From Candidatus Tayloriibacteriota bacterium (GTDB taxonomy: Bacteria; Patescibacteriota; Minisyncoccia; Phycocordibacterales; PALSA-1337): a stretch of 64,000 nucleotides of DNA. Both the position numbers and the translations under genes were made by a program. The notes under the pieces are model-generated. The model was not told where the DNA came from, made no database searches, and saw only the letters and a program-made list of their open reading frames with translations. The stretch lies in the NCBI GenBank assembly GCA_943350765.1, contig CALRAJ010000002.1, forward strand, positions 72,951 through 136,950, in the 5' to 3' direction. Shown piece after piece: positions 29,508-39,200 of this stretch (its first letter is position 1; every line of letters begins with the position of its first letter).

Positions 29508-30434
29508 ATGCCACAGAATTTAATTACTGAATCAGAATTATCCAAAATAGAGAGGGTGAAAGATATGATCCTAACCCCTACCCAGTATCTAAAAAGTTCT
29601 TTTGTGGAAGGCGAACAAAAAAAGTCACAGAGCGATCTTTGTGGACTATACACATATCATCTCAAAAACAAATCAAGACAGGAAATATACTATTTTGGTA
29701 GTCGGCATAGTAATGATCCTGCAGACCCGATGTTTACCGAGATTAAAAAAGCATTTGTTGCAGTGCGTCCAGACATTGTTCTTGTTGAGGGGTGTGAAGG
29801 CATTAATTTGAACAAGGCTAGTGTGATAGAAAAGGGTAAAAAAGAAGCAGACGTCACAAGCCTCATTTGTTGCGGTGGGGAATCACACTATACATTGAAA
29901 CTTGCTGTTGATGCTGGTGTTGATTTTGAATCACCCGAACCAGATTTGAAAGATGAAATTGCCTATCTTGAAGAGAAGGGTTTCGAAAGAGATGCGGTGT
30001 TTGCTTTTTATGTGTTTCGACAGCTAAACCAATACACCCGAGAAAAACCACAGCAGGATTCTACGAAGGCCCAGAAATCTATCTCTCAATATCTTGAGAC
30101 TTTGTTCTACGAACTTCAGTCAGCAACAAAGTGGGAAGGTTTTGAATATTCTGTTGAGCATGTTCAGAGGGTAGGTAGAACATTTTGGAAACATGAGCTC
30201 GACTTTATAGATCCCAAGGTACCCATTCAGTATGTTGACCCTATTCCGTGGCCAGATAGTCTGGATTCCTATACAAAAATAAACGAAGTAGCTGCTGTTT
30301 CAAGTATGTTTCGAGACAGGTATATAGTAGGACGAGTTGCGGAAAATCTAAAAGAGCACAAGAAAATATTTATAGTTTATGGTTCGGCACATGCAGTAGT
30401 AGAGGAGCCTGCGTTGCGCGAGATTATGAGATAA
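29508..30434 (+). CDS. TraB/GumN-family-like protein
   Basis: N-terminal YYFGSRHS and C-terminal IVYGSAHAV resemble the GTxH...GxxH pattern of TraB/GumN; weak. Confidence 0.35.
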   Translation: MPQNLITESELSKIERVKDMILTPTQYLKSSFVEGEQKKSQSDLCGLYTYHLKNKSRQEIYYFGSRHSNDPADPMFTEIKKAFVAVRPDIVLVEGCEGINLNKASVIEKGKKEADVTSLICCGGESHYTLKLAVDAGVDFESPEPDLKDEIAYLEEKGFERDAVFAFYVFRQLNQYTREKPQQDSTKAQKSISQYLETLFYELQSATKWEGFEYSVEHVQRVGRTFWKHELDFIDPKVPIQYVDPIPWPDSLDSYTKINEVAAVSSMFRDRYIVGRVAENLKEHKKIFIVYGSAHAVVEEPALREIMR

Positions 30435-30478
30435 TACCACCCCCAGCTAACTAATCCGAACTATGCTATACTATAGGC

Positions 30479-30985
30479 ATGTTAATACCATTAGAAGACA
30501 AGCATAGTTACCTTGAACTCAAGGCTTTGCTTGTAAAAAACAATGATGAGCTGATGAAAACTCGTATTAAAATACTATTATTAATTAAGCAGAGTTTTAG
30601 TCGAAAAGATATTAGTGAGAGATTATCAGTAAATATAGATACCGTTACTGATGTAGTCAAAAGATACAATAAAAATGGAATTGATAGTTTAAAAACTAAT
30701 AAAGGAGGTAGACCGGGAGGGAATCCTGTTTGGGACAGTAGAATATTTGAAGAATTAATTAAAGATATTGATAAACAGGATCAGTATTGGTCAATACCCA
30801 TAATGCAAGAATGGATACAGAAGCATTACAAAAAATCAATTCCAGAACAGACTGTGTGGTATCGAATGAATAAAATGAATAATTTTTCCTACAAATCTTC
30901 TAGACCACACCCGTATTTAGGGAACATAAAAAAGCAGGAGAATTTTAAAAAAAAGGGTTATCGAATATTATCAAAAACTCATTGA
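30479..30985 (+). CDS. IS630 transposase N-terminal HTH part (orfA)
   Basis: Helix-turn-helix region; stops at a TGA overlapped by the orfB frame. Confidence 0.8.
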   Translation: MLIPLEDKHSYLELKALLVKNNDELMKTRIKILLLIKQSFSRKDISERLSVNIDTVTDVVKRYNKNGIDSLKTNKGGRPGGNPVWDSRIFEELIKDIDKQDQYWSIPIMQEWIQKHYKKSIPEQTVWYRMNKMNNFSYKSSRPHPYLGNIKKQENFKKKGYRILSKTH

Positions 30986-31500
30986 TATATTTTACTGATG
31001 AAATGCGTTACGGACTCATGTCTAACTTTAGAAGAAGTTGGAGCAGGATAGGTACAAGATCAATACTTCCTCAAAAACAAGGTTATGAAAACAGCTATTT
31101 GTTCACAGCCATACAACCAACAACTGGTGAAAATTTTTCGTTACTTTCGTTTGATGAGATGTCCACAAATACAGAATTAATATTTTTAACAGAACTCAAG
31201 AAGTTACACCCAGACAAACAGGTTTATGTGGTTATGGATAACGCACCATGTCACAAACCAAAAGTCCTACATATTTTAGAAGGTCTTTCCATAATTTACT
31301 TGCCACCGTATTCGCCAGAATTAAATCCTGTTGAAAGATACTTTGAGGAAATGCGAAGAGCCACTGCAAATCAAATATTTACAACTCTAGAAGAATTAGA
31401 AACAAGACTAACTACCGTTATCAACTCTTGGTCAAATGAAATGGTTAAGAAATTAACCTGCTATGGTTGGATAAAAGAACAAGTCGGATTGGTTAGTTAG
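30982..31500 (+). CDS. IS630 transposase DDE catalytic part (orfB, no ATG; -1 frame relative to orfA)
   Basis: DDE triad in IYFTDE, VVMDNAPCH and PELNPVERYF. Frame begins with TTG inside a TCAAAAACTC stretch, consistent with a programmed -1 frameshift or a decaying copy. Confidence 0.8.
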   Translation: MIYFTDEMRYGLMSNFRRSWSRIGTRSILPQKQGYENSYLFTAIQPTTGENFSLLSFDEMSTNTELIFLTELKKLHPDKQVYVVMDNAPCHKPKVLHILEGLSIIYLPPYSPELNPVERYFEEMRRATANQIFTTLEELETRLTTVINSWSNEMVKKLTCYGWIKEQVGLVS

Positions 31501-31533
31501 GGATGGTATAATTTGGTAAAATCAAGCTCTAAT

Positions 31534-31932
31534 CTAGGAAACAAGATCTCGTAGTGTCTGGGTAATATTTTTTCTGGTAGATTTCTTCTTTCTATTTTGA
31601 AATATTTTGTTTGCGATGATTGAAACGACCGCTGTCAGGATTGTCACGGCAATGGCGTAAATCAATTTTTGCATATCCGATTCTGTATTTGCAAAAAGTT
31701 TATTCACAACTGTCTTTAGAACTTGATCCCATGCCACAGCTGCAATCAAACCAAAAGCACCGATGACAAGTAGTGAAACTTTTTCAGTTAGATCTATATG
31801 TATTTTCTCTAATTCATACTGTTTGAGGAAGCCTTCGAGCTTATCAATTTTTACCTCTATTTTTCCTTTTGTAAATTCTTTTAAATTATCCAATTGTTCC
31901 ATGTTGGTTATTATAACATAAGTTTTTTTCAA
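31534..31932 (-). CDS. Hypothetical membrane protein
   Basis: Two C-terminal TM helices; no domain recognised. Confidence 0.3.
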   Translation of the reverse strand: MKKTYVIITNMEQLDNLKEFTKGKIEVKIDKLEGFLKQYELEKIHIDLTEKVSLLVIGAFGLIAAVAWDQVLKTVVNKLFANTESDMQKLIYAIAVTILTAVVSIIANKIFQNRKKKSTRKNITQTLRDLVS

Positions 31933-31973
31933 CCACTAAAAAATCGCCTTTAGGGGCGATTTTTTTAGTGGTT
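31931..31973 (-). terminator. Terminator hairpin downstream of rpsA
   Basis: aaccactaaaaaatcgcctttaggggcgatttttttagtggtt. Confidence 0.65.
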
Positions 31974-32130
31974 GTACTTCTATTTAATTTGTCCCAGCTT
32001 TTTTTTAATTTCTAATATCTACTGTCTGACTACTAATATCTCTCTAAAACATTTTGTACTCAAAATGTTCGGGCTAGCCCGGGAGTACCCATCGCCTTAG
32101 GGCGACCAAATTAGTAAATTTGGTTTAGCT

Positions 32131-33342
32131 CTACTTCTTCCCTCCCACAAAAGACAATGCCATTTTCTGCTCCTTTGGATCAAAGAGGGTAATCTTGAAG
32201 CTGTAGGTTTTGCCAAGCTCGAGCTGAGCTTTCATTTTCATTTCATTGCCAAACTCAGAAATATGTACCAGACCCGCAATACCCTCCTCAACACTGGCGA
32301 GAGCACCGTGTTTGTTGAATTTGATAATGACACCGTCTACCACACTGTCCTTTTTATACTTTGTCGCCGCCTCTACCCATGGGTTTTCCTGAAGTGCTTT
32401 GAGTGAAAGTGAGATTTTGTTTTCTTTGATCTCAATAATTTTCACCTGCACTTTTTCACCTACCTTAAAGAGTAGTCGAGGATCTTCTACTAATGACCAG
32501 TTGATCTCTGAAATATGCACAAGACCTTCGAGACCTTCCTCGAGTTTTACAAATACTCCGAAGTCCACCATACCGGTGACTGTACCAGACACTTCATCAC
32601 CTATTTTGTATTTACCAACAATCTTTTCCTTTTCTTTGTGTTCAGGACTTTTTTCAGAGAAGATGAGCTTGCCTTCTTTTGGAAGTGCAGAAATCATACA
32701 TACTGAGATTTTTTGACCCACCATTTTCTTTAGTTCCTCGAGGATTTTGTCCTTGTCTCCATCAGCTACCCGAGGATAGTGTTCTGTCTTGAGCTGGGAA
32801 GCTGGTAGGAATCCGACGATGCCTTGCCATGAGATAATGAGGCCTCCTTTGTTTGCCTCCTGTACAGGAAGTTCGAGGGCGGTTTTGTTTTTGATTAGCT
32901 CCTCTGCCTCACTCCAGATAAGTGCTTGGCGAGCCTCCTTTAGAGACAGCTCAATGTAACCTTCTTTGTTGTCAGTATCTACGACTTTGGCACTCACTTT
33001 GTCGCCAATATTCATCTTTTTGACTACATCTCGAGCGCTGATGTATTCACGGCCATAAATAATACCAGTACCATAAGGTGCTAGGTCAATATACACACCA
33101 GACTTTTCAATAGCGATGACGGGACCCTCGACAATATCACCCACACCTGGTGGGGTAACACTATCACTCACGATTTTTGACATAACAGTGTCCTTTTTTA
33201 GACGAAGCTCTTTTTCGGCTTCTGTATTGTCGTCAGACAAAGCTTTATTTGCCGATGCTTTTTTTGGCGCAACGACAGTTTCTAATTCTTCTGCTTTTGC
33301 CCCTGTAATATCCGCAAACTTCTCTTTTAATTTTTTTAACAT
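32131..33342 (-). CDS. rpsA: 30S ribosomal protein S1 (multiple S1 domains)
   Basis: Four S1-like OB folds (GDIVEGPV..., GDKVSAKVV..., GQKISVCMI..., GEKVQVKII...); start at MLKKLKEK. Confidence 0.8.
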   Translation of the reverse strand: MLKKLKEKFADITGAKAEELETVVAPKKASANKALSDDNTEAEKELRLKKDTVMSKIVSDSVTPPGVGDIVEGPVIAIEKSGVYIDLAPYGTGIIYGREYISARDVVKKMNIGDKVSAKVVDTDNKEGYIELSLKEARQALIWSEAEELIKNKTALELPVQEANKGGLIISWQGIVGFLPASQLKTEHYPRVADGDKDKILEELKKMVGQKISVCMISALPKEGKLIFSEKSPEHKEKEKIVGKYKIGDEVSGTVTGMVDFGVFVKLEEGLEGLVHISEINWSLVEDPRLLFKVGEKVQVKIIEIKENKISLSLKALQENPWVEAATKYKKDSVVDGVIIKFNKHGALASVEEGIAGLVHISEFGNEMKMKAQLELGKTYSFKITLFDPKEQKMALSFVGGKK

Positions 33343-33394
33343 ATTTTTATGGTAGATGCTCCGCTTTTTATATAAAATGTGTCGGTTGGATGCC

Positions 33395-33500
33395 CTTCGA
33401 GGCGCGAGCGAGGCTTGCGACCAAAATGTATAAGTATACATTGCGGGAACAAACGAGCGAAGCAACAAAGAAGGGCGCCGACCTACATATTTTATTTCTA
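33395..33500 (-). promoter_or_regulatory. GC-rich structured 5' leader of rpsA (possible autoregulatory element)
   Basis: Long-range pairing GTCGGCGCCCTTC...GAAGGGCatccaaCCGAC enclosing ~70 nt, in an otherwise AT-rich genome. Confidence 0.3.
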
Positions 33501-33697
33501 ATAATCAAATGTGCGGGGTTACATCTACCTATTATTAATAGGTGCTGGGAGTATATATGAAAAGTGGGGAAATGTCTATTTTTCGTTTTTATATAAAAAA
33601 GATTGGTTTTCTGGGGAGTTTTGCTATTTTAAACATAAATAAAAAATTGCATAGTACGGAAGGGTGTCCATCTATGCAATATTGCCGAGTGATATTA

Positions 33698-33961
33698 TTA
33701 TCTGAGGTACCAAGGCACCTCCACCTTTACTTCTCGTCGGATTTCTGCCAACTCCAAGCGAGAATTCATAGGACTATCTGTCGCTGGTGCAAAGTTGCCA
33801 TTTCTGCCGACAGCATAGAGTTTACAATTCTTCCAATAGCATGGAACCTTGAGGAGTTTCTCCATCGAGCGTCGAATGGCTTTGCGAGCGGAACGACGCT
33901 TTGAAACTGCGGTCTTGGTGTGATTGTGTCGGCGACTTTGCCGTTTGGATCCAGTTGTCAT
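33698..33961 (-). CDS. Small basic protein, possibly ribosomal (bL32-like N-terminus?)
   Basis: K/R-rich 87 aa (MTTGSKRQSRRHNHTKTAVSKRRSARK...); identity unresolved. Confidence 0.3.
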   Translation of the reverse strand: MTTGSKRQSRRHNHTKTAVSKRRSARKAIRRSMEKLLKVPCYWKNCKLYAVGRNGNFAPATDSPMNSRLELAEIRREVKVEVPWYLR

Positions 33962-34086
33962 AGGGTCAGTCTCCTGATTGGGGGTGATTCATTTTATCCT
34001 TTCTATTCTCTGGAGAGGATTATACACAAATTTCGGTGTAAATCAATACTGATGATATGCTAGTTGTAGTCTCTAAGTTTATATTT

Positions 34087-34175
34087 GAACGGCTCAAGGA
34101 GCGGAGGCGACGAAGATAACGAATCTTGCTAGATTCGTTATAAGGCTTTTGAAGCCTGTTGAGCCGTTCAAATGG
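34087..34175. repeat. H-family hairpin with a ~50-nt internal insertion
   Basis: gaacggctcaa[ggagcgg...aacgaatcttgctagattcgtt...gaagcct]gttgagccgttcaaatggct. Confidence 0.7.
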
Positions 34176-34227
34176 CTTGTTTGAGGCTCCGTACAGAATA
34201 TACTAAAGGTGTATTTTAGACCAAAAA

Positions 34228-34268
34228 CCCTTCAAAGGCTCAACCAGCATGGTTGAGCCTTTGAAGGG
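34228..34268. repeat. H-family hairpin repeat
   Basis: cccttcaaaggctcaaccagcatggttgagcctttgaaggg. Confidence 0.8.
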
Positions 34269-34275
34269 TCTAGAC

Positions 34276-34968
34276 TTACTTTTTTAGGTATGCCAGCCAA
34301 AAATTGCGTTTGTAGCTCTGATTATTAAAACGAGTGTACTGAGTACTTTTTTCGAGTGATAGGATAGTAAAAAATGGCGAATAGGTGGCAATAAAATCCT
34401 CTCGGCTAAACACTCGTTCAAAGAGGTCTAGCTCGGGCATGTAGTAGGTCTCAGGCTCTGGTCCCGGACTTTGTTTGAGTAGATTTTTGGCATTTTCATC
34501 ACCGTCCTTGCAGAGGGCGCGGACAAAAAAGTGTCCGTGAGTGGCAAGTACTCGATGACATTCTTTTAGATATACACCTCGCTCGCTTTTGTCAAGGGAG
34601 TTGGAGGAGGTAATATCGAGAAGTAGGTCAAATGACTGATCAGTAAAAGGGTAGAGTGTGCCGATGGAGTGTTTGAGGAAAGTGGGGGAGGAGGCTGTGG
34701 GGAGCCCGAGCTCGCGTACGCGAGCTCGGGCTTTTGCTATCGCTGTATCAGCAATCTCCATTCCAGTCACTATTGCACCATGTTCTGCTAAATAGATGCT
34801 GTTTTTGCCCCCACCTGAGCCAAGGTCGAGTACACGAAGATTGTCGAGGTTTACCTTTGCCACTTTTCTCAGAAATCTCACAAAATCTCGTACGCATGTT
34901 TGTGGCTCATCACCACCAGTGACGAGTTTTGGTTTACGATATTCTTTTTCCCATGCGTGTTCTTGCAT
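34276..34968 (-). CDS. Class I SAM-dependent methyltransferase
   Basis: Motif I VLDLGSGGGKNSIYLAEHG. Confidence 0.75.
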   Translation of the reverse strand: MQEHAWEKEYRKPKLVTGGDEPQTCVRDFVRFLRKVAKVNLDNLRVLDLGSGGGKNSIYLAEHGAIVTGMEIADTAIAKARARVRELGLPTASSPTFLKHSIGTLYPFTDQSFDLLLDITSSNSLDKSERGVYLKECHRVLATHGHFFVRALCKDGDENAKNLLKQSPGPEPETYYMPELDLFERVFSREDFIATYSPFFTILSLEKSTQYTRFNNQSYKRNFWLAYLKK

Positions 34969-35028
34969 TTTTTTGGTGAAATGATTTTAAGATTTATGAT
35001 ACTCGAATATTAAAGCTACCTACCCAAA

Positions 35029-35168
35029 ATTACAAAATACCGTCGCAAGCGTATCTTTTAAATAGACTTCGGAGGCGGGTAGCTGAGACTTGAGAGATTT
35101 CTTACCAAAGAAATACTCGTGCTATTTAAAAGATATGCTAAGAAAGGTGTTTTATAATTTGGGGTACC
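35029..35168. mobile_element. MITE-like element copy 3 (subtype A, inverted orientation)
   Basis: TIRs acccaaaattacaaaatacc / ggtgttttataatttggggt; core is the reverse complement of copies 1 and 2. Confidence 0.8.
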
Positions 35169-35214
35169 CAAGTCTCTATTGTCTACTATCTGTTCCTAAG
35201 CTATACTACGATAT

Positions 35215-35850
35215 ATGATTATAACACATCACGGAGGTGAGTTTTTTAAAGTTCAGTTTGGTGATATTACTCTAGCACTCAATCCTGTCTCAAAGGATTC
35301 AAAATTAAAGCCAAGTCGTTTTGGTGCGGATATTTCGCTTGTAACCGCCAATCACCCAGATTTTAACGGTGCTGATCAGGTAGCTCATGGAGAAAAAGAG
35401 CCATTTGTGATATCTGGTCCAGGTGAATACGAGACCAAAGGAGTTTTTATCAAGGGTTTTCTTTCTTCGACTGAATACGGTGGTGGTAAAAAGGTAAACA
35501 CGATTTATTCTGTGGCGTTGGAGAGTATGAATCTATGTTTTTTGGGTGCCATTTCATCAAAGGATTTGAAAAGTGAGACAAAAGAGGCACTCGATGAGAT
35601 TGATGTGCTTTTTGTGCCTATAGGTGGGGCTGGGGTGCTTTCTCCAGCCGATGCCTACAAGCTCGCTGTGTCATTAGAGCCAAAGCTTATCATTCCGATG
35701 CATTACGAGGGTGTGGGAGAAAAGGATTCGCTCAAGATATTTCTCAAGGAAGCGGGTGAGAACCCAACACCTATGGAAAAGCTAACACTAAAGAAAAAAG
35801 ACCTAGAAGGAAAGGAAGGAGATGTGGTAGTATTAAGCTCAGTAGTTTAA
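35215..35850 (+). CDS. MBL-fold metal-dependent hydrolase
   Basis: MIITHHGGEFFKV...PMHYEGVGE pattern typical of MBL-fold hydrolases. Confidence 0.55.
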   Translation: MIITHHGGEFFKVQFGDITLALNPVSKDSKLKPSRFGADISLVTANHPDFNGADQVAHGEKEPFVISGPGEYETKGVFIKGFLSSTEYGGGKKVNTIYSVALESMNLCFLGAISSKDLKSETKEALDEIDVLFVPIGGAGVLSPADAYKLAVSLEPKLIIPMHYEGVGEKDSLKIFLKEAGENPTPMEKLTLKKKDLEGKEGDVVVLSSVV

Positions 35851-35866
35851 AATTGCTTTTATTTTA

Positions 35867-36130
35867 ATGCTTCATAAACTTCGCCAAAAAACAGAATATC
35901 AAAAGAGGAAGATTGCACTGACCGTGTCTATTTTGCTGACCGGACTTATGTTTATTGTTTGGCTTTCCACCACAATACATTCTTTTTCTGCCTTAAACTC
36001 TGATAATGAAGGTGGGGAGATAAGTAAAAGTGCAGATAGTCCTTTTACTTTGGTAAAAGATAGTGTGGCCACGGTTTACGAAAGCATGAAGAAAAATGTA
36101 GGACAGCTCAATAATCAGGTTTCGGAGTAG
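35867..36130 (+). CDS. Hypothetical small membrane protein
   Basis: Single TM; no similarity recognised. Confidence 0.3.
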   Translation: MLHKLRQKTEYQKRKIALTVSILLTGLMFIVWLSTTIHSFSALNSDNEGGEISKSADSPFTLVKDSVATVYESMKKNVGQLNNQVSE

Positions 36131-36167
36131 TGGGGTGGGGGTGATTATTGATGATTGTAATTTTTAA

Positions 36168-36201
36168 ACTCCCAGATTTTTGAGTACAAAAATCTGGGAG
36201 T
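36168..36201. promoter_or_regulatory. Perfect 15-bp-arm palindrome upstream of giant protein G1 (operator-like, P family)
   Basis: ACTCCCAGATTTTTG-agtac-AAAAATCTGGGAGT. Confidence 0.5.
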
Positions 36202-36254
36202 TATCCACAGGACTACTGTGGAAGTACTATACGAATTTAATGTATACTAATGAT

Positions 36255-39200
36255 ATGCATTCTGTAAAAAAGTCATTACTCTCTTTATTTTTTCTTCTTA
36301 ATTTATTTCTAATACCCACCTCTTCTGTCCATGCTGAAGATTTCCTCTTTAATTTCGATAGAGGTTTACTAGATGGTGTGGGTGGTCGAGTAAAGGCTAG
36401 TAACAATGGAGATCTTACTTACTATACAGGTTCGCCATTACCGACTATAAGCTCGTCAGAGCACAAATTTGGTACGGGAAGTCTTTTCTATGACCCAGCT
36501 GGTGGAAATAAACATTCTCTCATATATGGTCTTGTTTCAAGCAAAGAAATATCACTCGATGGCGAATATACGATAGATTTTTGGGTGAAGCCTGTTGAGC
36601 CGTATGCAATAAATGGACAATACACTTTTTTTGTAATAGCAAACTCTAATCATAGTAATCTTGCGATGATGATGGAGTTTCCCTGGAGTGGTGGAGGTGC
36701 ATCCCCAGATTCAAAAGGTTTGATAGGAGACTATGCTTATACAAATTCTCAGCCATTTTTTACACAGCGTGAGGAGAATACACCAACAAATACAACTAAT
36801 CTTTATAGATCAAACTCTTCTCCAAAATTTCATCACCCTTTTAATGGTCCCTGGAATGGTAACGGTGCATCACAATTTAGACAAAAGGCAAATGGAGTAC
36901 CACACAAAGATACCGCGGGTCCTATTGTCGGACAATGGAATCATATAGCAGTTCAAAAGAAACTAGTCAGTAACCAGCCATGGATAAATGTGGCGATAAA
37001 TGGCCAGATGGGTAAATGGATTCCATATTTTGCCTATCCAACATCAGGAATAAAATATAGCGAAATAGTTTTCGGGGAGTGGCACAACAATACACCACCA
37101 TTTTATGGCTATATCGATAATTTCCGTATTACCGAGGGTACAGCTCGTTGGCGAGATATACCAGACAACGGTACATTTACCTTACCTACTTCCCAAGACT
37201 ATTCAGGTGTTACTATTTCAGATAGTGATAAAAATAAAGAAGTACAGCTAGGTGCCGAGGATTTTGTCTCAAACACCACCTCACTGGATAACAATACATA
37301 CCCAGCTGATGGAGTCTATACTAGCTGTCCTACTGTTGTCGGAAGTGGTCGAGATTCTGTCAGAGAGGAATATGTTCAAAAAATAGATGGTAATCCAAAG
37401 TTTACCAGCTATTTTGACACAAATCACAAACTCATCTGTACTTTATACTGGGCAGGCACTTCTACTACGACGGGTAGTAAGGTAACCAAAAGATTTGAAT
37501 ACGACACAAATGGTCAAATAGCAAGAGAAATATATTATGGGATCAGTGGTGAAAGTAGCGACATCACAGATATTATTGCCTACTACCCAAAACCTTCAGG
37601 GGGTACTCGTTACAAAGAAATCCAAAATCGAAATGGTACCGAATACTACAAGCGATATACAACAGACGGTAAACTTCTTTATGAACACGAGTATAAAAAC
37701 GGTACTTATATAGTTTCTAGGAATTATACATACAATGGCTTAGGAAAACTGCTGAGCAAGCTAGAATACTACAACGCTAGTAAGTATGAAAAAGTCTTGT
37801 ATACTCGAGATGGAACAGGTACCATAACCCGAGTAGATAGTTACAGAGCATATACACCAGAAGGTACCGATATCGCCAATTATGTTCACACAGCCACTAC
37901 TTATGTCGGGACACATGTTGCAAGTATCACAAACACCTTTTTTAATAAAAACACTCAATCTCCGACCGCTCTGCGTAGAGAGGTGACCCGATATGTTACG
38001 GCAGGTCCAACACTCGGTACAGTCATTGACCAACGAACATTTGATTATAATGCTTCAGACCCAAATCTCAATAAACAAAGATTCACCACTTTCATCGGAA
38101 CAGATGGTAATACACTAGGTAAAACAAAAACAGATGAGGAGTGGGTAGGGACAAATTATGCCACCTCGTCTTTTTCGTACGATATAAACACAGGAGACCT
38201 TACATCATGGAAAAGGACAGATGATGATGGTACCAAAATTACTAAACAAACTGCATATAATGTAAAAAATGGACTTATAAAACAGGAAGAGTCGGCTACC
38301 TATAGGAATAACCTATCTTTAGAAAAAATAATTCGCAAGGACTATAATGATGAGGGTGAGCTGATTGAAGTGTATGTGGATGATTTTCATGAGAGTAAAG
38401 GTTTCTCTTATCGTTATACAAAAAGCACTAAAGACGGTCTACCTGTTTCTTTGGTTAGACTAAACGAGTCAAATGGCAGAGTTATTTCTGAAGAACAGTA
38501 TTATCAAAATGGTGATATTTGGTACAAGACAGATTATACTGATTCTGGTTCAAATTATACTGCTACTGGATATTATGTAAATAAGGCAAATGATTTTATT
38601 TTAGATCAGACAAAAACACTTAAGCCAAATTTCGAGTTTATTAGTCAAGGCAGTAGTGATCCTCTCGCAAGACAAAAACTCGGTGCCAGAATCATTGCAG
38701 ATTTTACGGATAGCACCTTGCGTTTACAGGCTCAGGGTAGCAACGAAAAAGTCGCAATACTTGCAGTATTAAAAGCTATTCTACCAAGATACAAAATCGC
38801 CTTGAACGCAGTTTCTGTGAGTGATCCTTTAAGCGAGCAAAAAAGATTTGCGATATATTCAGCTTATTCAGATAAAATAAGATTTGCTATATATGATATT
38901 GAGTACCGAAAGTATAGTGGACAAGGTAAACATTTGGATACTGATATTGCCCTGGGTACGACTGTTACGAGCTGGTATGGTTTGGATGAAAGTAATAATA
39001 AGTTTTGGGGCATATATACAAAACCTGGTGCTACAGACGGTAAAATAAATGCGGATACTGCATATGTTGATATGGATATTATGAACCCAGATTTAGTGGA
39101 TCGGACTATAAATGCAAGTACTTATGACACTCTAGCTAATGCTGTAAAGAAAAAAGAAAAATGGGACTCGATACTTTCTAATACAGGGGCTCTATATCTA

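Larger units (their letters stand above)
30434..31510 (+). mobile_element. IS630/Tc1-mariner family insertion sequence, transposase split into orfA/orfB
   Basis: ~28-bp TIRs ATACCAcCCCCAGCTAACTAATCCGAAC (left) and ATACCAtCCCTAACTAACCAATCCGAC (right, reverse complement); TA immediately left of the left TIR. Confidence 0.85.

Noticed and set aside
33542-33904. Plus-strand ORF 33542-33904
   Set aside because: Unconvincing composition; the overlapping minus-strand ORF (33698-33961) is K/R-rich, ribosomal-protein-like, and is preferred.
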